Shown piece by piece: positions 50,585-63,627 of a DNA stretch of 64,000 bases. The number at the start of each line of letters is the position of its first letter. Positions within the stretch are counted from its first letter, which is position 1. The position numbers were made by a program, and so were the translations under genes. The DNA lies in NCBI GenBank assembly GCA_002633005.1, contig NMRA01000368.1, positions 234,166 to 298,165 of the forward strand, given 5' to 3'. The notes under the pieces are model-generated. The model ran no database searches. It was given only the letters and a program-made list of their open reading frames with translations, and was not told where the DNA came from. This DNA comes from Phoronis australis. Taxonomy: Eukaryota; Animalia; Phoronida.

Positions 50585-50887
50585 CCAAGGTAGTATACAA
50601 AATTATCTGTGCTGGATGTGGCTCCAGTTATATGGGCGAAACTATTCGCCATTTGAAAACCAGGACCAAGGAACATCTCATGAAATTCTGACAGAAATTC
50701 ACATGTAAATATTCATCTACAGAGCTCCAGTCATTGTTATCAGCAGTGCTCTTTCAATGACTTTGCAATAATAGACCAGGCAGTAACAACAAAGGAGCTT
50801 AAAATTCGTGAGGCTTTACACATCAGTTGGTGCAAGCCCAATCTCAATGGGCAACTGACACACCACAGGTTGTCATTGTTGGTCTAG
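50585..50887 (+). mobile_element. Penelope-like retroelement 3' fragment, GIY-YIG endonuclease
   Basis: VVYKIICAGCGSSYMGETIRHLKTRTKEH...HLQSSSHC...FAIIDQA...LKIREALHISWCKPNLN. Confidence 0.88.
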
Positions 50888-51734
50888 TTCATTGTCACTT
50901 TCTGTAACTGACTGTATCTGTGCTTCATTACTTGTTGCTGGGCCTAGCTAGGTGGCCACTGTATTATCACTGTAGGATAACCGGGAAAACAGATTATGCA
51001 TTGTCTGCATATACATGTACATGTACAGATGGTTTACCAGGCGCACACCCAGGGGAGCTCGGGGGGCTCCAAGTGCAACCTAGCCTGACAGAAATACACT
51101 GTACCTATTATGCAGTGTGTTCTGATAGAGCGGCATGGAATGCAAACTTCAATCTCGCTGCAGAGGTTGCGCCGCGCATGCGTAGCATTTGTTTGTATTC
51201 GGTTGTTTTTGTGTTGGTTATTGCTATTGAATTTACTGTCACTAAAATTTGTGCAACTCCGCCGCTTTTCAACTGAACTGCAAACTAGTCATATCATTTA
51301 GAAAGCAATTAATCAGTTCTTGATGGTGTATGATTATAGCAGAAGCAAACGATAAAAAATTTACCTCATAAATAATCTTCCTTTCGCATATCTGACAGGT
51401 TTAATTTTTTAATTCTAAAAACCAAGTGTTACAAAAGTGCTTATAATAACATGATGTAATAGTAACATAAGAAAGGAAATGAATCAGAGAGGTTATATAA
51501 AGGCAAATAATTGCATTGATTCAAAAGATTTTTACCCTATCAAGACAAAGGTTTTAGAATATGGATCGTTCACAGTTGCTGTGAAGAATTTAGTGAGGCA
51601 CTCATTCAAAATTATACATCTTTATATAATAATTGGACCTTCGGTGCCGTTGATACATTTTTTAATTAAAAAATCAGGATCCAGTGACATTTGGAAAAAT
51701 AATTGCTACAACTACCTACTACACGCTTCAACGT

Positions 51735-52395
51735 TCCACTGCATTCAATGGGAAGAATTTATCACGAACACGATCGTCCACAAGTTGCGTCATGCTTAAC
51801 TTGCATCGGATGTGCACACTTTGAAATAAACATGCAATCACATATACTGGCCTTGAAGTTCTACCTAGCCTCCTTCAATATGAGGAAGAGGGTGATCAGC
51901 ATTAGAGATGACAGCAATGTTGCTTCATGCTTAATTAACATAGGTGAATGCGTACTTGCTAAAAACAGATTACGGCTCCATCCTGGAAAGTTATGCGGAT
52001 TCGCTGACTATGATGAAACGACTTCATAGAGACACACGCACGCTTGACCAACATGGGCAACGTACCACAAGATGAATTAACATGAATTGGCCTTAGAATG
52101 TCATCAAGAATCGGAAGAAAAGGGTTCTTGGACAATGATGTTTCGTCGTTATATTGCATAGACACATTGTCTGTCGATATCAAGAAACGGGCAAACTTCA
52201 GTCAATATTTCAATCATTTGAAGAGGATATGACGAACAAGGTGTTTGGAGTTGCACAGCTGATGGCAGTGAGATTGCAATGCTGTTGAATAACCTTGGAG
52301 GTGGGTGTTGTTTATGGACAAGCTTGGAGAAGCTTTGACGGTGTATCTTAAAAATCATTTGAAATAGCAAAAAGATTAAAGGAACCTGATTGTCA
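51735..52395 (+). pseudogene. Decayed paralog of the TPR region of the RHIM-NTase-TPR gene
   Basis: GRIYHEHDRPQVASCLTCIGCAH...ALKF...RDDSNVASCLINIG aligns to KRLYGERDRHEVAACFNGIGCAH...ALKF...RDDSKIALCLNNMG. DNA blocks gcatcggatgtgcacac, agagatgacagcaa and tatgatgaaacgacttc are shared. Multiple frameshifts and deletions. Confidence 0.88.
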
Positions 52396-52687
52396 GTAAT
52401 TTTTGTACAGCAACCAGAAGGTCATCGCCCTGTCTTTTGCCATATTTTGTCACCTCCGTCACACGGGAATCGTTTGCACTTATACGGTCTTTCAGTTTCA
52501 ATTGACCTCCATTGTTATCTAGAAATTGCAGCCCTATTTGAAAAATCTGGACTTTTCTTGCCTTCATTTTAATAAAAGTCAAAGGCTGGAACAATATTCC
52601 TTTATGGTTCTGCCGAATCATATTTTAACATGGTAGTTATTAACTGCAAGAACAGTGTGAATTTAGCGGGTTTCGTGCAATGGTAAA

Positions 52688-52947
52688 CATGCGCGCACCC
52701 AGGGGGTGATCGGGGGGGCTCATCTGAGCCCCCATTTGGCGAAGTGAGCAAAAAGGTCCGCCCCTGGGAGACAAAAAGTCAAAGAAAATGGGACAAAAGT
52801 CCACTAAATAAGCGCAAAGACGCAATTAACAATGGTGCTCCCGTTATTTTTTTATTTTTTTTTTAGTCCGCCTCCTCTTCTGTAAGCAAAACGTCCACAA
52901 CGTCAGGAATTCGAGCCCCCCCATATTGAAGGCCGGGTGCGCGCATG
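52688..52947. mobile_element. 260-bp MITE with perfect 13-bp TIR and 6-bp target duplication
   Basis: ggtaaa|CATGCGCGCACCC ... GGGTGCGCGCATG|ggtaaa. Confidence 0.85.
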
Positions 52948-53797
52948 GGTAAATTACAACGCAAACACACAGTGCTCATTGCAGCCTTGCAGCCTTGCTT
53001 ATATTTTGTATCTGGAGAATGCCGCCTGAGCATCGCTAATGTACAGCATGATACTTTGGTTAGATTTCAAGGCATACTCCTAATTTTTAATGCTGCAACT
53101 GGTTTTCTGTTAAAAATACATGTACTCATGAGTTATCCTCTGACGTCTTGCCCAGATAAAACATCTCAATGTACATTGCTAACTGTGAGCAAGCCTGTTT
53201 ACGGCTGTTGGGACACCGCTCCTCTTATTTAGTTTTTTTATTCTCCAGCCTTCATTGTCCTTGCTCCCTTACTAACTATTGCTCGGTGAGCTTGAGCAAG
53301 ATAACCCCATAATAGTCGTCAGAATTGTAAGCCACATGTAGATTGTCGGAGTTTGGAAACACTTGTTCACTAGTTGGACTATTTACCTTTTTCTACGTTG
53401 AAGTTTAAGTTTGAAAACCATTGCTGATGGATAAACTCCATAGACTGTTACGTTATTACGGCGCTTTTCCGTTGCTCCCAAACTTGTTCGATTCTATAGC
53501 CCAACAACAAATAGGGAAGATGACCCCTGTAGCCAATATCTTACACGACTGATAAACTCCATTCTGGCATGTAAGGTTGGAGGGCCAGTTCTCTTTTGAT
53601 CGATTATTGCTCTAATCCAGTGGATTTAGGGGGNGGGGGGGTGTTCGGGAGTTCGGGTGCGAATTACTGACTAGCAGATGCGCGCAACCATGCATAGGCA
53701 TACATGTAGCACTCCAATGATCTTGTTTGCTTGTCTGTTGTACTTTGGGCCGATGGCCATGTGTACAAATAAATAAAGGAAAGTAAAGGTAAGCTCC

Positions 53798-53905
53798 AAT
53801 AATATTGGCCAAGCTTACATGTAATAAAGTTGACCGAGCTTGAACAATATTGACCAGTCTTGAATAATATTGACCAAGCATGAATAATATTGGTCACTCA
53901 GCTTG
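53798..53905. repeat. Minisatellite, about 20-bp unit (aataatattgaccaagcttg), about 5 copies
   Basis: Visible periodicity. Confidence 0.75.
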
Positions 53906-54393
53906 AGAATGAAGATATGCTTTAACTTGAAAAAGATTATCGAGTAAGGATTGTTCAATTTTGTCGTAGACACTGAGAACCTTGTGTGAATATAATATTA
54001 TATTCCAGTTGCCTGTAATTGACAGCTGCACGATGATGAGCATATCGACACCGAGACTGACGTTATCCATTGTATGGGATTGATGTTACAGGCTTGTACT
54101 ATAGTTGCATGCACAACGTTTTTCAAACCGTGTATTTCATCATAGAAATATATACTGATACACTTACCGCCCACACATAGAAAACCTTATGTGCAGGCTG
54201 GTTAACAAATGTAAAAACAACAAATATAGATAGGATCACTACTGAAAGATATCAAAATAAAATGATCACATGCGATGTTTCCGAGAAAGTTATAAGTTTA
54301 TGTCACCAACAGCATTTGACTTCCCTTGTATGGCAGGTGATTGCAATGAGTAACACTGTGTCATGTACGAAGAATGTTTGTGCTACGTCATGT

Positions 54394-54428
54394 CGTGCGT
54401 TCGTGCGTGCGTGCGTGCGTGCGTGTGT
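54394..54428. repeat. (CGTG)n microsatellite
   Basis: cgtgcgttcgtgcgtgcgtgcgtgcgtgcgtgtgt. Confidence 0.85.
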
Positions 54429-57329
54429 GAGTCGAAATTTCAAGGTTTGTCATTTCATTGACCTTCATTAAAATAGATTGTTATTTTTGTGCTCCCGGAG
54501 ACGTGAACAGAAAAACGAAATTTGAAGTTGGATTCAAAGTCGCTCATTACCTCTTAAAATCATTATAGCCTTAAAAATTACCAAAGTTCTGAGTTAATTG
54601 TGGTGGCTTAGCTGTGAGTGTTGGGTGTCCTCCTGTCCTTGGCGGCACCTTTACCAGCAGGCTTGGCAATTGCAGGCATTCAGGGCGTCCAATGGACACC
54701 CCGACTTAAACTTACACACTTTATCATGGACGCTCTGTTCATTTTTGGATGCCCTGTTCATCATAATGCCCAAGTGAAGGAAACGAAACTTTATTACAGA
54801 CCCATACTGCATTATAACAGTAAACTGATGTTGGACGCCTCATACTTTTAATGTGGATTAACCCCTGCCGTGGTGGAGGGGAACAATTTGGCCACCCTAT
54901 GACGACTGCTTTTATGAGTATTATTTTTTTCTCTTTTAAGGTAATCTCAAACCTTATTATTTGACCTTCATACTAATTCACATGTCAAAATAGGCTATGT
55001 CAAATGGTGAAAGTGTATATTTTCTGAAAGAAAAAAGACGAGATATTATAAAAATGTTTTATATTCATGGGTCATTAATGTTATTATCTAACCACATAAT
55101 TCAAAACGCAGTTAAGGAATTTTCGATTACTCATCTACCGGTAGTTTTTTCTACGTCAACTCACAAACGTAAGGTATTTCTGTAAAAAATAGCAGTAGTA
55201 TTGGTCTATCTTACGGTACGCAAAAACTAGGCGTTTAAAACCAAAATCCTAATAGACTTTTGAGACTGACAAATAAATATATAAAACAGGAAATTTTCAG
55301 CTAAATTCACGTCGTCATTTTCGAGAACTCGTGTTCCTAAGATCAAATAAAGTCCATTTAAGTGACGATTTATCTCATTTCACAACTTGCTGGTGCATTC
55401 TTTCATAACGGTCGTATACATGCACTAGGCAGATATACAATGACCCCCTGAGGATCAAAACTACGTTTTGTCTTCGTGTTCCGCGGCACCTTTTCACGCA
55501 ATGTTCAACTCATTGACTCTCAAAATTCACAAGGAACTGCTCTGGCTGGCGAATAGGATTTGAGTGACAGCCCTGTAACCTTTGACCTCGAATAAGTACA
55601 TGTGGTCAACAAATTTACACGCGGTTGAAGTTCAGTTGGAGCCGGAGTGACTTGACGAAATTATTTATCTGGTGGTATTTTTGCGTGTTACTTAAGTTTC
55701 TTACACAGGTTCACTACTCCAAAAGCTCATGCACTATTCCATAGGTTCACTGCTCCGTAAATATCTAAACTTTCAGACTCAGGTTTAATTTCTATACTTT
55801 TACATGCAATAATAAACGATACTTCTGTTATTAGATGCTTTGAGTGGTGTACATTTACTTATATAGCGAAACGCCCGCATACTTAAACACTTTGCTTGGA
55901 AATCATGCGTATGCGAAATTGCCCGCATGTCTTGATAGGGATGATGTAGTTGCACTTTTAAAGAATATGAATTAGGAGTGTGGATGAATTATCAACCACG
56001 ATACATTCATCAAATCCATGTCAAGATCACATCACAGCGCTGAAAAAGACTAGGTTTCTGGTTTTTGCTCATTTTGAATTCATTTGTTCAGGAAATTTCA
56101 TTTTTTAGAATTATTTCAAAATCTACTGGAGCAAAAGAAACATGTTCACTAAACCATAGTTATTCTTGAAGTGTTTTGTCATTTTCAAGGTAATTAGTTG
56201 CTCTCTTTTTAAAACATCGCTTGTTCAACTTGGCTTCAGGGGCAAAAATGTCCCGTCACAAGTCGAATGGTGAATTTTTCAATTTTTGTTGTTCTTGTTC
56301 GTGCAAAATATAATTTGTGGTTTGGTGTCTATGCCATGTTGTTAACCTAGTTGAAAATCACTCTCCATCTTGCTTTAGAAACACAGTGAGTTATGGATTC
56401 CCAAATATAGTTGTCAAAACTTGCCATTTTCTGTGGCTTGAAATTTTTGGGTGCTGTTTGTTGAACAAAAGGCTATTTTTGAGGCTCTAAAATTTAAATA
56501 AATCGAGAATCGCCAAACTGATTTGAAAATTTCAAAAAATTGTCAAACGGCATGTATAAAGCTATCATTTAGCATTTTTTAAAGAATTTCTGATGAAATT
56601 TGTATTTGTGTTTGCTCACCCTAGCATCGGCAGAGAAGTGGTGATTTTGGGGTGATCAAGTGCCGATTTTGTGTTGTTTGCCCCTTAGCCTACCTTGCTT
56701 TTCAGTAGGAGTGAAAGGCTAAAACGAAAAAAAAAACATGAAGTTTCTGTGCTCATCTGTAGGGCTCTTTACGTGAAATCACTGAAAACATTCCATTTTT
56801 TGGCTTTGCATCACGTTTTCGATAGAGTGAAGACAAGGTAACAAATCCAATGATATGTGTTTTGCTGGGCAAAACCCAGAACTGTTCTGTGCCCCCTTAA
56901 TCCCCGCATTGTCTGACAACATTGTTGTCATCGAACGGCTGCTAACAGCAGAATTCGTCACGTTTAAGAAAATTTAAGACCCTGAACTTGAGAAGATTAA
57001 TCTGCTAGGAATTGGGAACTGAATGAAATTCGATAATGTGTCCTAGTCTGAAGCAGTTTCATGTGGTACTACATTTTGATTTATAAAATCAGTTCTTGGC
57101 CACAATAAGATTAAAAACCGGACGATCGCCGCACAAATGAAGAAGTTCATGTTAAATCAACGTTTCGTCTATTCATTAGACATCATCAGGATATTTACAA
57201 AGGACAGCAAGTGCCAACTTGCACCTCAGGTGACATTCATAAAGTGAAGTGAGAGATACAGAGAGTATAGTCAGTAAGTAGCTGGTCATCACCATAGTTG
57301 CAGGGTCACTGAGCTCTACATGTTGTTCG

Positions 57330-58012
57330 GAGAATCAGTAGCATACCGGTTCTGAATGGCCAATGACTCTTAAATGTACAGTAATTCCTTATTAGTTTCT
57401 CTGCAGATAACACTAACTGAATTGGCTTGGTGATTGTTGCTATAACACAATGCCTATATATGTTGCTTTTCTTTGAGGTGTGATGTTCTTTCAGCCTGTC
57501 ACGACAGAGGCGTCTCTGTGTGAGTCCGATATAGAATACCTAACAGTTGTCACATTCAACCTTATAAACAACATTGCTATTGTTCAATAAAGGGATGGGT
57601 GACTTCAGTTTACATAGCATATTGGAAAGTTTCCGAAGAGGTTTGAAAACAACTATCAGTTCAACGGCTGGGTCTATGCAATGAATAAGGCGAGATAATT
57701 GACGTTTCAATTTCATACTACTTGGCCCAGTGTAACTAAGAGAAAAGATAACTTTCTTTTTCTCGGGTCCAATAACAGCTACCTTATCCGCCCCATTCAT
57801 TTTGAAAGGAAGTGCCTTTTACAGCTATTCAAAAAATTCAGAGGGTAACCATTGACACACAATAACTAGAAAATCTTAGCTACGTCGCTATCAAAACTTA
57901 AATTGGTGGAACAAATTCTCCAGGCACGATGTAACAATGCTAGACCTCTCTTGTATTGAATCGGTACAAAACTAAAAAATTAAGATAAGCCCAGAAAAAC
58001 TGGGCTTACGCG
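57330..58012 (-). mobile_element. Penelope-like retroelement fragment (RT C-terminal/thumb region plus GIY-YIG)
   Basis: RKPSFSGL...SFVPIQYKRGL..LLHRAWRICS...NGYP; LSYTGPSSMKLKRQL...LKSPIPLLNNSNVVYKVECDNC*VFYIGLTQRRL..RLKEH. Confidence 0.88.
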
Positions 58013-58604
58013 GCTAAATCACAATCAAGGTCCATATTAGAGAGTTGGCTGTGTTACGGTCTCAAATAATTTTTGGTTACTTACCAAATGACGACTGAAT
58101 CTCATATGCAAAGAGTTACTTAGTAGTGCAAATTAAAAAAAGAATTATCAAAAACGGACAATGTTTGAGAAATTTATGCATGTTCTTGTATATGAATTTT
58201 GTGCATTTTTAGCGTTACGAGTGGCCATTTTAAAAATAACAATTTTCAACTGTCAAGAGTAGAAAAGACATTTATTTTATCAAGTAAGCAATTGCTTAGA
58301 TATGACTGGGAATAACTTGAGTCACTTTCAGAATCACTAAGATGAAGTTGTGTTTAATCATTGATAAATGGTAGGGTTCATCATAAAATGGGCACTCGTT
58401 ACGATATTTGTAAATTCTGTGTTTCTAACCCTCACCTACAGTAAAGAAGGATAAAACCTAAAGTTCACACTCTGTAATAAAAAGAACTGCAAAATATGTT
58501 AGCCTAGGCAACATAGCAAATTATTCAATATCTAAACAAACCAAAAGTTTGGATATTGACTGGGTTCTGCTATGTTGAAAATGGGCAAAAAAAGGCTAAC
58601 AAAA

Positions 58605-59480
58605 TGTAGTGTACGTATCCCCATGTGGAATTCAGTAACACAAATGGTGATTGCAAATGAAATTATTGCCTTTCAAATAACAACATGGTGCTTATTATCA
58701 TGAAAGAAAAATAAATGGCCATACAACGTTATGTTACCATGTGATGCACAAAAAGTGATGTAGTGTACGTACCCCCATGTTAACAAATGCCGTGAAATTC
58801 AAATATCACTTGGTAAGTGAGCAATATTGGTCATAGACAGTTAGGTTAAAAGGGTGTTTGTTGCAAATACATTTGTTTTGAGTGAAATATTAGCATTTGT
58901 GTAGTGTACGTACCCCTATATTTTAATTTATGCCTATTTTCAAAGTACGGCAGATATGCACATCAATGCTGTGCTTTTTATTTTTTCTGTTTGAATTGAT
59001 TTAGTAAATCAACTAACTTTCAGTAGATTCTTAGTATTTAGTTACAAACTTGACATGTCATTGAAATGTAGTGTACGTACCCCTGTGTAGTGTACGTACC
59101 TCGATGTGAACAAGTACCATAAAATTAAAATATTGCCTGGAGTGCACAGCAAGTAAGCAACGTTTGTCACAGACAGTTTCCTCCATTAAAAATTCTAGGT
59201 TAAAAGGGTATTAATTATAAATACATTTGTTTTGAGTGAAATATTAGCATTTGTGTAGTGTACATAACCCTATATTTTAACATGTGCCTGTTTTCAAAGA
59301 ATGACAGAGAGAAATACACAATTATGGTGTACTTTTTGTTTGTTCTTCTTTGAATAGATTTGGTAAATTAATTAACTCTCAGTAGATTCTAAGTATTTTT
59401 ATATACCTGACAAATCACTGAAATGTAGTGTACGTACCCCTGTGTAGTGTACATGCCCCTGTGTAGTGTACATACCTTCA
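58605..59480. repeat. Cluster of tgtagtgtacgtacccc motifs (about 9 copies) with a duplication of about 355 bp; probably the subterminal region of a DNA transposon
   Basis: Motif at about 58605, 58759, 58900, 59067, 59086, 59254, 59423, 59442 and 59462; 58842-59100 resembles 59196-59450. Confidence 0.75.
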
Positions 59481-60356
59481 ACCTCTGTGCTATAAAGTAT
59501 TGCCCACAAGAATTTTTATATACTGCTGTTCTCATGAACAATACTGATATTTCCAAAGTAAATCCAGTCTGACAAAAAAAACAATGGACATTATCAAATT
59601 TGTGGACAATAAAATGCCACACAGGACTTGGCTGGTACTTAACATCCTGGAAGACACGTCATGTGACAACTGATGTTGCAGAGGCAGGCTCTTTATCTCC
59701 CAAGACAACTTGCAACAAACCAACCAGTAGAGGCAGCACAAAACTTGAGACATACATTTGTAACTTAGTCAAAATTTAACGTTGATTGACTGTGCGTATT
59801 GTACGTATCCTCCAACCAGTACCGTTTTTACTGTTTACAAGTGGAACACTGGTCCTAACATTGCTTTAACTATTTTGACCAACTGGTGAATGTATTGAAA
59901 ACTAAGCAAATAGCACCAATAAAGTTTTTTGGAAAAAAGTAGTCACTATAGTCATTTTCTTTTTGTAAGAATCACATTGCAAGAGAAGAAGTTCTCATTA
60001 TACTGTGTTAAGATATGTAATGTATCATCACCCAGAACAACTTGATCAGCACGGTATAATAGCATTTCTTACTTTAGTATGTGATACTTCTTCAAGTTAA
60101 TCAAAAAGTTATTAAACTACAGCTACCTTACGAATTTTTGCCTGGTAGAAGTGGTCTGTGTCCATGAGTTGTAATGTATGTACCCTTTCCCACAATTGCG
60201 ATGCATTAGGCCATAAAATTTTATTCGGTGGTTCTTGTGCAAAAATATTTTAGATTACAAACCTGGAATTTACAGTTATATGCCCAACCATCATTTTTCA
60301 CCAAAAGTGGCCACCGAATATGGTCCTCGATTGCGATTTGGCCGACGATACACAGA

Positions 60357-61995
60357 TGTAACAACGGTGCATATTGTTCATGGGATTGAAAAAAGTGTTG
60401 ACTGTACAGTAGTTAAGGAAATCTCAAACCTGGACAAAATTTGGCTGTTCAGATTTATTTTACATACATGTCTAGTAGCAAAATATCTTATCTTCATTCT
60501 CAGGGAACTTCAAATATGAAGTATATACCAAGTAGCGAGAAAAAAGATTTAGCAGAACCACCTTCGAACTGCAAAACCGCGTGCAAATTTGTTTACTACT
60601 TATCCGAGGTCAAAGGTTATAGGACTGTCACTCAAATCGAATGCCCACCAGGTATTGAGCAACTCTGTGTGTACTGTCACTCAGCGAGTCGCCACAGTAC
60701 TCAGTGAACGAGGTGTACAAAGAAAGAGAGATGATGGTGAAAACGAAGACGAAGCATAGTTTTAATCCTGAGTCCTGAGAGAGTTGTGCGTCTGCTTTTA
60801 TATAACCATTGAGAACGAATGCTCAGAGTTGCCGCACGCCTCTGTGTGTTTGTGTTCACTGAGGTATCCACGGTTTTACTATAGTATTCTAGTTGGCCGC
60901 CAGAGGCCAGTAACTTGTAGAAGGTCAAGGTCAGGTAATAAAAGTATTGAAATATTTGCCACTTAGTCCGTAATATTTCCTGTAATTGACCCCGAAGGTT
61001 AAGATATAACATTCGGTGACAAGGAAATTGGAAACCTAAACGACATGGGGACTCTTTAAACTATAATTTAAAGCCGTCACTTCTGTTGTAGATGTGCTTG
61101 CAGTGAATCATGGGAGCCTCTCTAGCTCTCTGCCCGGCTAGTAAAGTAACAATGGTTAGCTCACTCGCTGGCTTTATGGGGGTCGTTGGTTCGATTCCCA
61201 GTTTGGGTAATCTAGGCTATTATTACGAATGGCGTAGTTGGAAAACAGGTGTACCGATTGAGCACTACCAAGTAGAACCTGTTTACCTGGGACAGCGTGC
61301 AAGGTTAATACCGTTAATGGTGAGGACCTGTATGAGAGACAACCGTCCTTGTGTGTACCTGTGTTGTGGTAGTAAAGGTATCAAGTTGGTAATCTGTATG
61401 CGAGACAACCTGTTATTCACATTCCTGGTGGTGCACCTGTTCCACAGGAAAGGGGGAATCTTGTAGATGTGCTTCCGGTGAATCTCATGAGCCTCTGTTA
61501 GCCACTCACTAAATGGCAATTGCCTATTAGCTGAATGATTAGCGCACACACCAGTTTTATGGAGGTTGCTGATTCGATAACTGTGTTGGGTAATCTTGGC
61601 CAAAATGGCGATAGTACCCGTTGGTCCGTTCGACCTGCACATGGACAATTGAGAATACTTTTCAAGAGTGGATATGTGGTTTTTGGATGACGATGCAGCA
61701 GGCTGCACTGACTCAAATCAGCGTTGACAACTACTGTTGCACTGTGCAGCCCTCGACTTTCGAGGGCATTTTGAAAATGTATGCTCCTGCCAAACAGAAA
61801 GTCACTGGCCATTTCATACCCTTCACAAACCTACCATATATGAGACACATGTTATGACAATCAAAAATAAGTGAGGGTGAGACAATCTTACAGTTCGTCA
61901 CGCGACTTCGTCAACTGGTGAACTACTGTGATTTTGGCGACCAGCCGACCACCATGATGCCTTTATAACTGATCAGGTCATTGATAAGTGTCTGC
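60357..61995 (+). mobile_element. Ty3/Gypsy (Mag-like) LTR retrotransposon 5' relic: LTR end, PBS-like site, degenerate gag
   Basis: AATAAA at about 60937, LTR end ...gatataaca at 61011, PBS-like tcggtgacaagga at 61013-61025. Gag QR*QLLLHCA...KVTGHFIP.TNLPYMRHML*Q...EGETILQFVTRLRQLVNYCDFG...DQVIDKC at about 61604-61992. LTR start uncertain. Confidence 0.75.
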
Positions 61996-62981
61996 ATGGG
62001 TGGTGCACCATAAGGGGCTTACTTCAGTGCTGTGCCACCCATGCAATGTTGCGGAAGATTACGTATCTTTCTTGGCACACAGTGGAATCCCGTTGACGAA
62101 GGGTTATCTTAAGGTTACTCCGGATGTTGGCATATGATCTATGACAACTTGCCTTAGGACATTCATTGCATTTTTGCCAGATTTCTGTGCCATCAAAGAT
62201 GAACAACTCATTATATAATAATTAGGTATGATTGGAATTTTACTGCGAGGTACACGTGTCGTCATTCCTTAAGCTTTGCAACGTGGAACTGTGGAACTGG
62301 ATTATCACGTTGATGTTGTTTATTGGAATTATTAGTCTTCATACACATCATATGTTGGTCACGTCATGTGACCTATATTTAAATCTCAAAGATCTTTGGG
62401 GCATGGTTAGCTCAGTCATTAATGTCTTTCCCATGAACCAGTCACACAATCTGATTTGAAGTTTGCCGTGCCATGGTATTGCTGCTTGAGTTTACACAAT
62501 GCAGCTGAAGCCTGGGAAACAGTATTTCACCTGACGGATGCTCTTATTTACTTCCGATGTTGCCCATTTCTATCCAAATAAATATTTTTTTCAAATTTCG
62601 CAGCAATAGATCAATTAAAAATTATTTGACTTGTTTTGTAGTATGCAGATATCATAAAATGGCAGTTAGTAATTATTTGCAACAAGGTAATCGCCTTTTG
62701 AAGAATAGACAAATGACAATTTTGACAATATTTTTGCGGAATGAATAAAGAATTATTGTACGGATGGCAGTAGTCACTTACAGGGGGACACTTGAATTTT
62801 GAGAACTAGTAATATGCTTGTTATCCAAGGGGAAATGCTGGCCTGAAAATGCAGGGAACCTGGAAGTGTCTTGTACCATATGACTGTTGTGTTGCCTGTG
62901 CATAGAGGAAAAGCTCAGTCATTATGGACAATGTATCAGTTTATCCTTGTGGATATATCAGTGCTGGTTTTCACATTTCAG

Positions 62982-63627
62982 GAAAGCAGTGTTTCTTTGT
63001 CCTACGCCAACAACAGTTCACACGCTGCCGTGGGTGATCATGTCAGTGAACAGATGGTTTGTCCCTGGGTAAGCTTGATATACATGTATGCAGCACTTGG
63101 TGCTTCCTGTAGGCCCTGAGGTGTTGGTTTTGACTGAAGCCACATACGCCGCCATCATAAATCTTGGGTTTTCAATAGTGCCAGATGCTGTCGGTGTTTT
63201 ACATATCCACTGCAATAGATGTAATGGAGTTTAGTCGTTGTTCCTTTTGCTAGATTTGCCTCTTTAAAATTATTCCACCTATAGCAGATAGTTCGTTCTT
63301 GGTGATTTTGGCTTGATCTTTTTATTTCAGCATGAGATTCATTGTTAAAAATGTTTTTGTAGCGCAGTCTAATTTACTGAGTAAATTGGAACTTTTTGAT
63401 AAATTTTCAATTTTGTGATTGCTTTGCAATGTCTGTCAACATTGAATGTGTGCAAAAACCTCCCATAAAGTTTTCTTTGCTAGTAAGAGTACATGTTGTA
63501 TGTGTCTTCTATTGTTTGTTTTAGGATCACGAAGGAGTCCATTATTGATGTTGAGGGCTTTGTTTGGTGTGTCCTGCAGAAGATTTAAGGGTACTCCCAG
63601 CAGGATGTGGAAATTCATGTTACTCAG
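62982..63627 (+). pseudogene. DARS1: Intron-containing fragment of a cytoplasmic aspartyl-tRNA synthetase gene (two exons: 62982-63068, 63525-63627), disabled
   Basis: GKQCFFVLRQQQFT/AAVGDHVSEQMV and ITKESIIDVEGFVWCVLQKI*GYSQQDVEIHVTQ match the AspRS anticodon-binding domain (human, from memory: [64 protein letters not shown]). Canonical ag/gt sites, a frameshifting deletion and an in-frame TAA. Confidence 0.88.

Noticed and set aside
58605-59480. CRISPR-like spaced repeats (tgtagtgtacgtacccc)
   Set aside because: Spacing is irregular, the spacers are themselves duplicated, the context is eukaryotic and there are no cas genes
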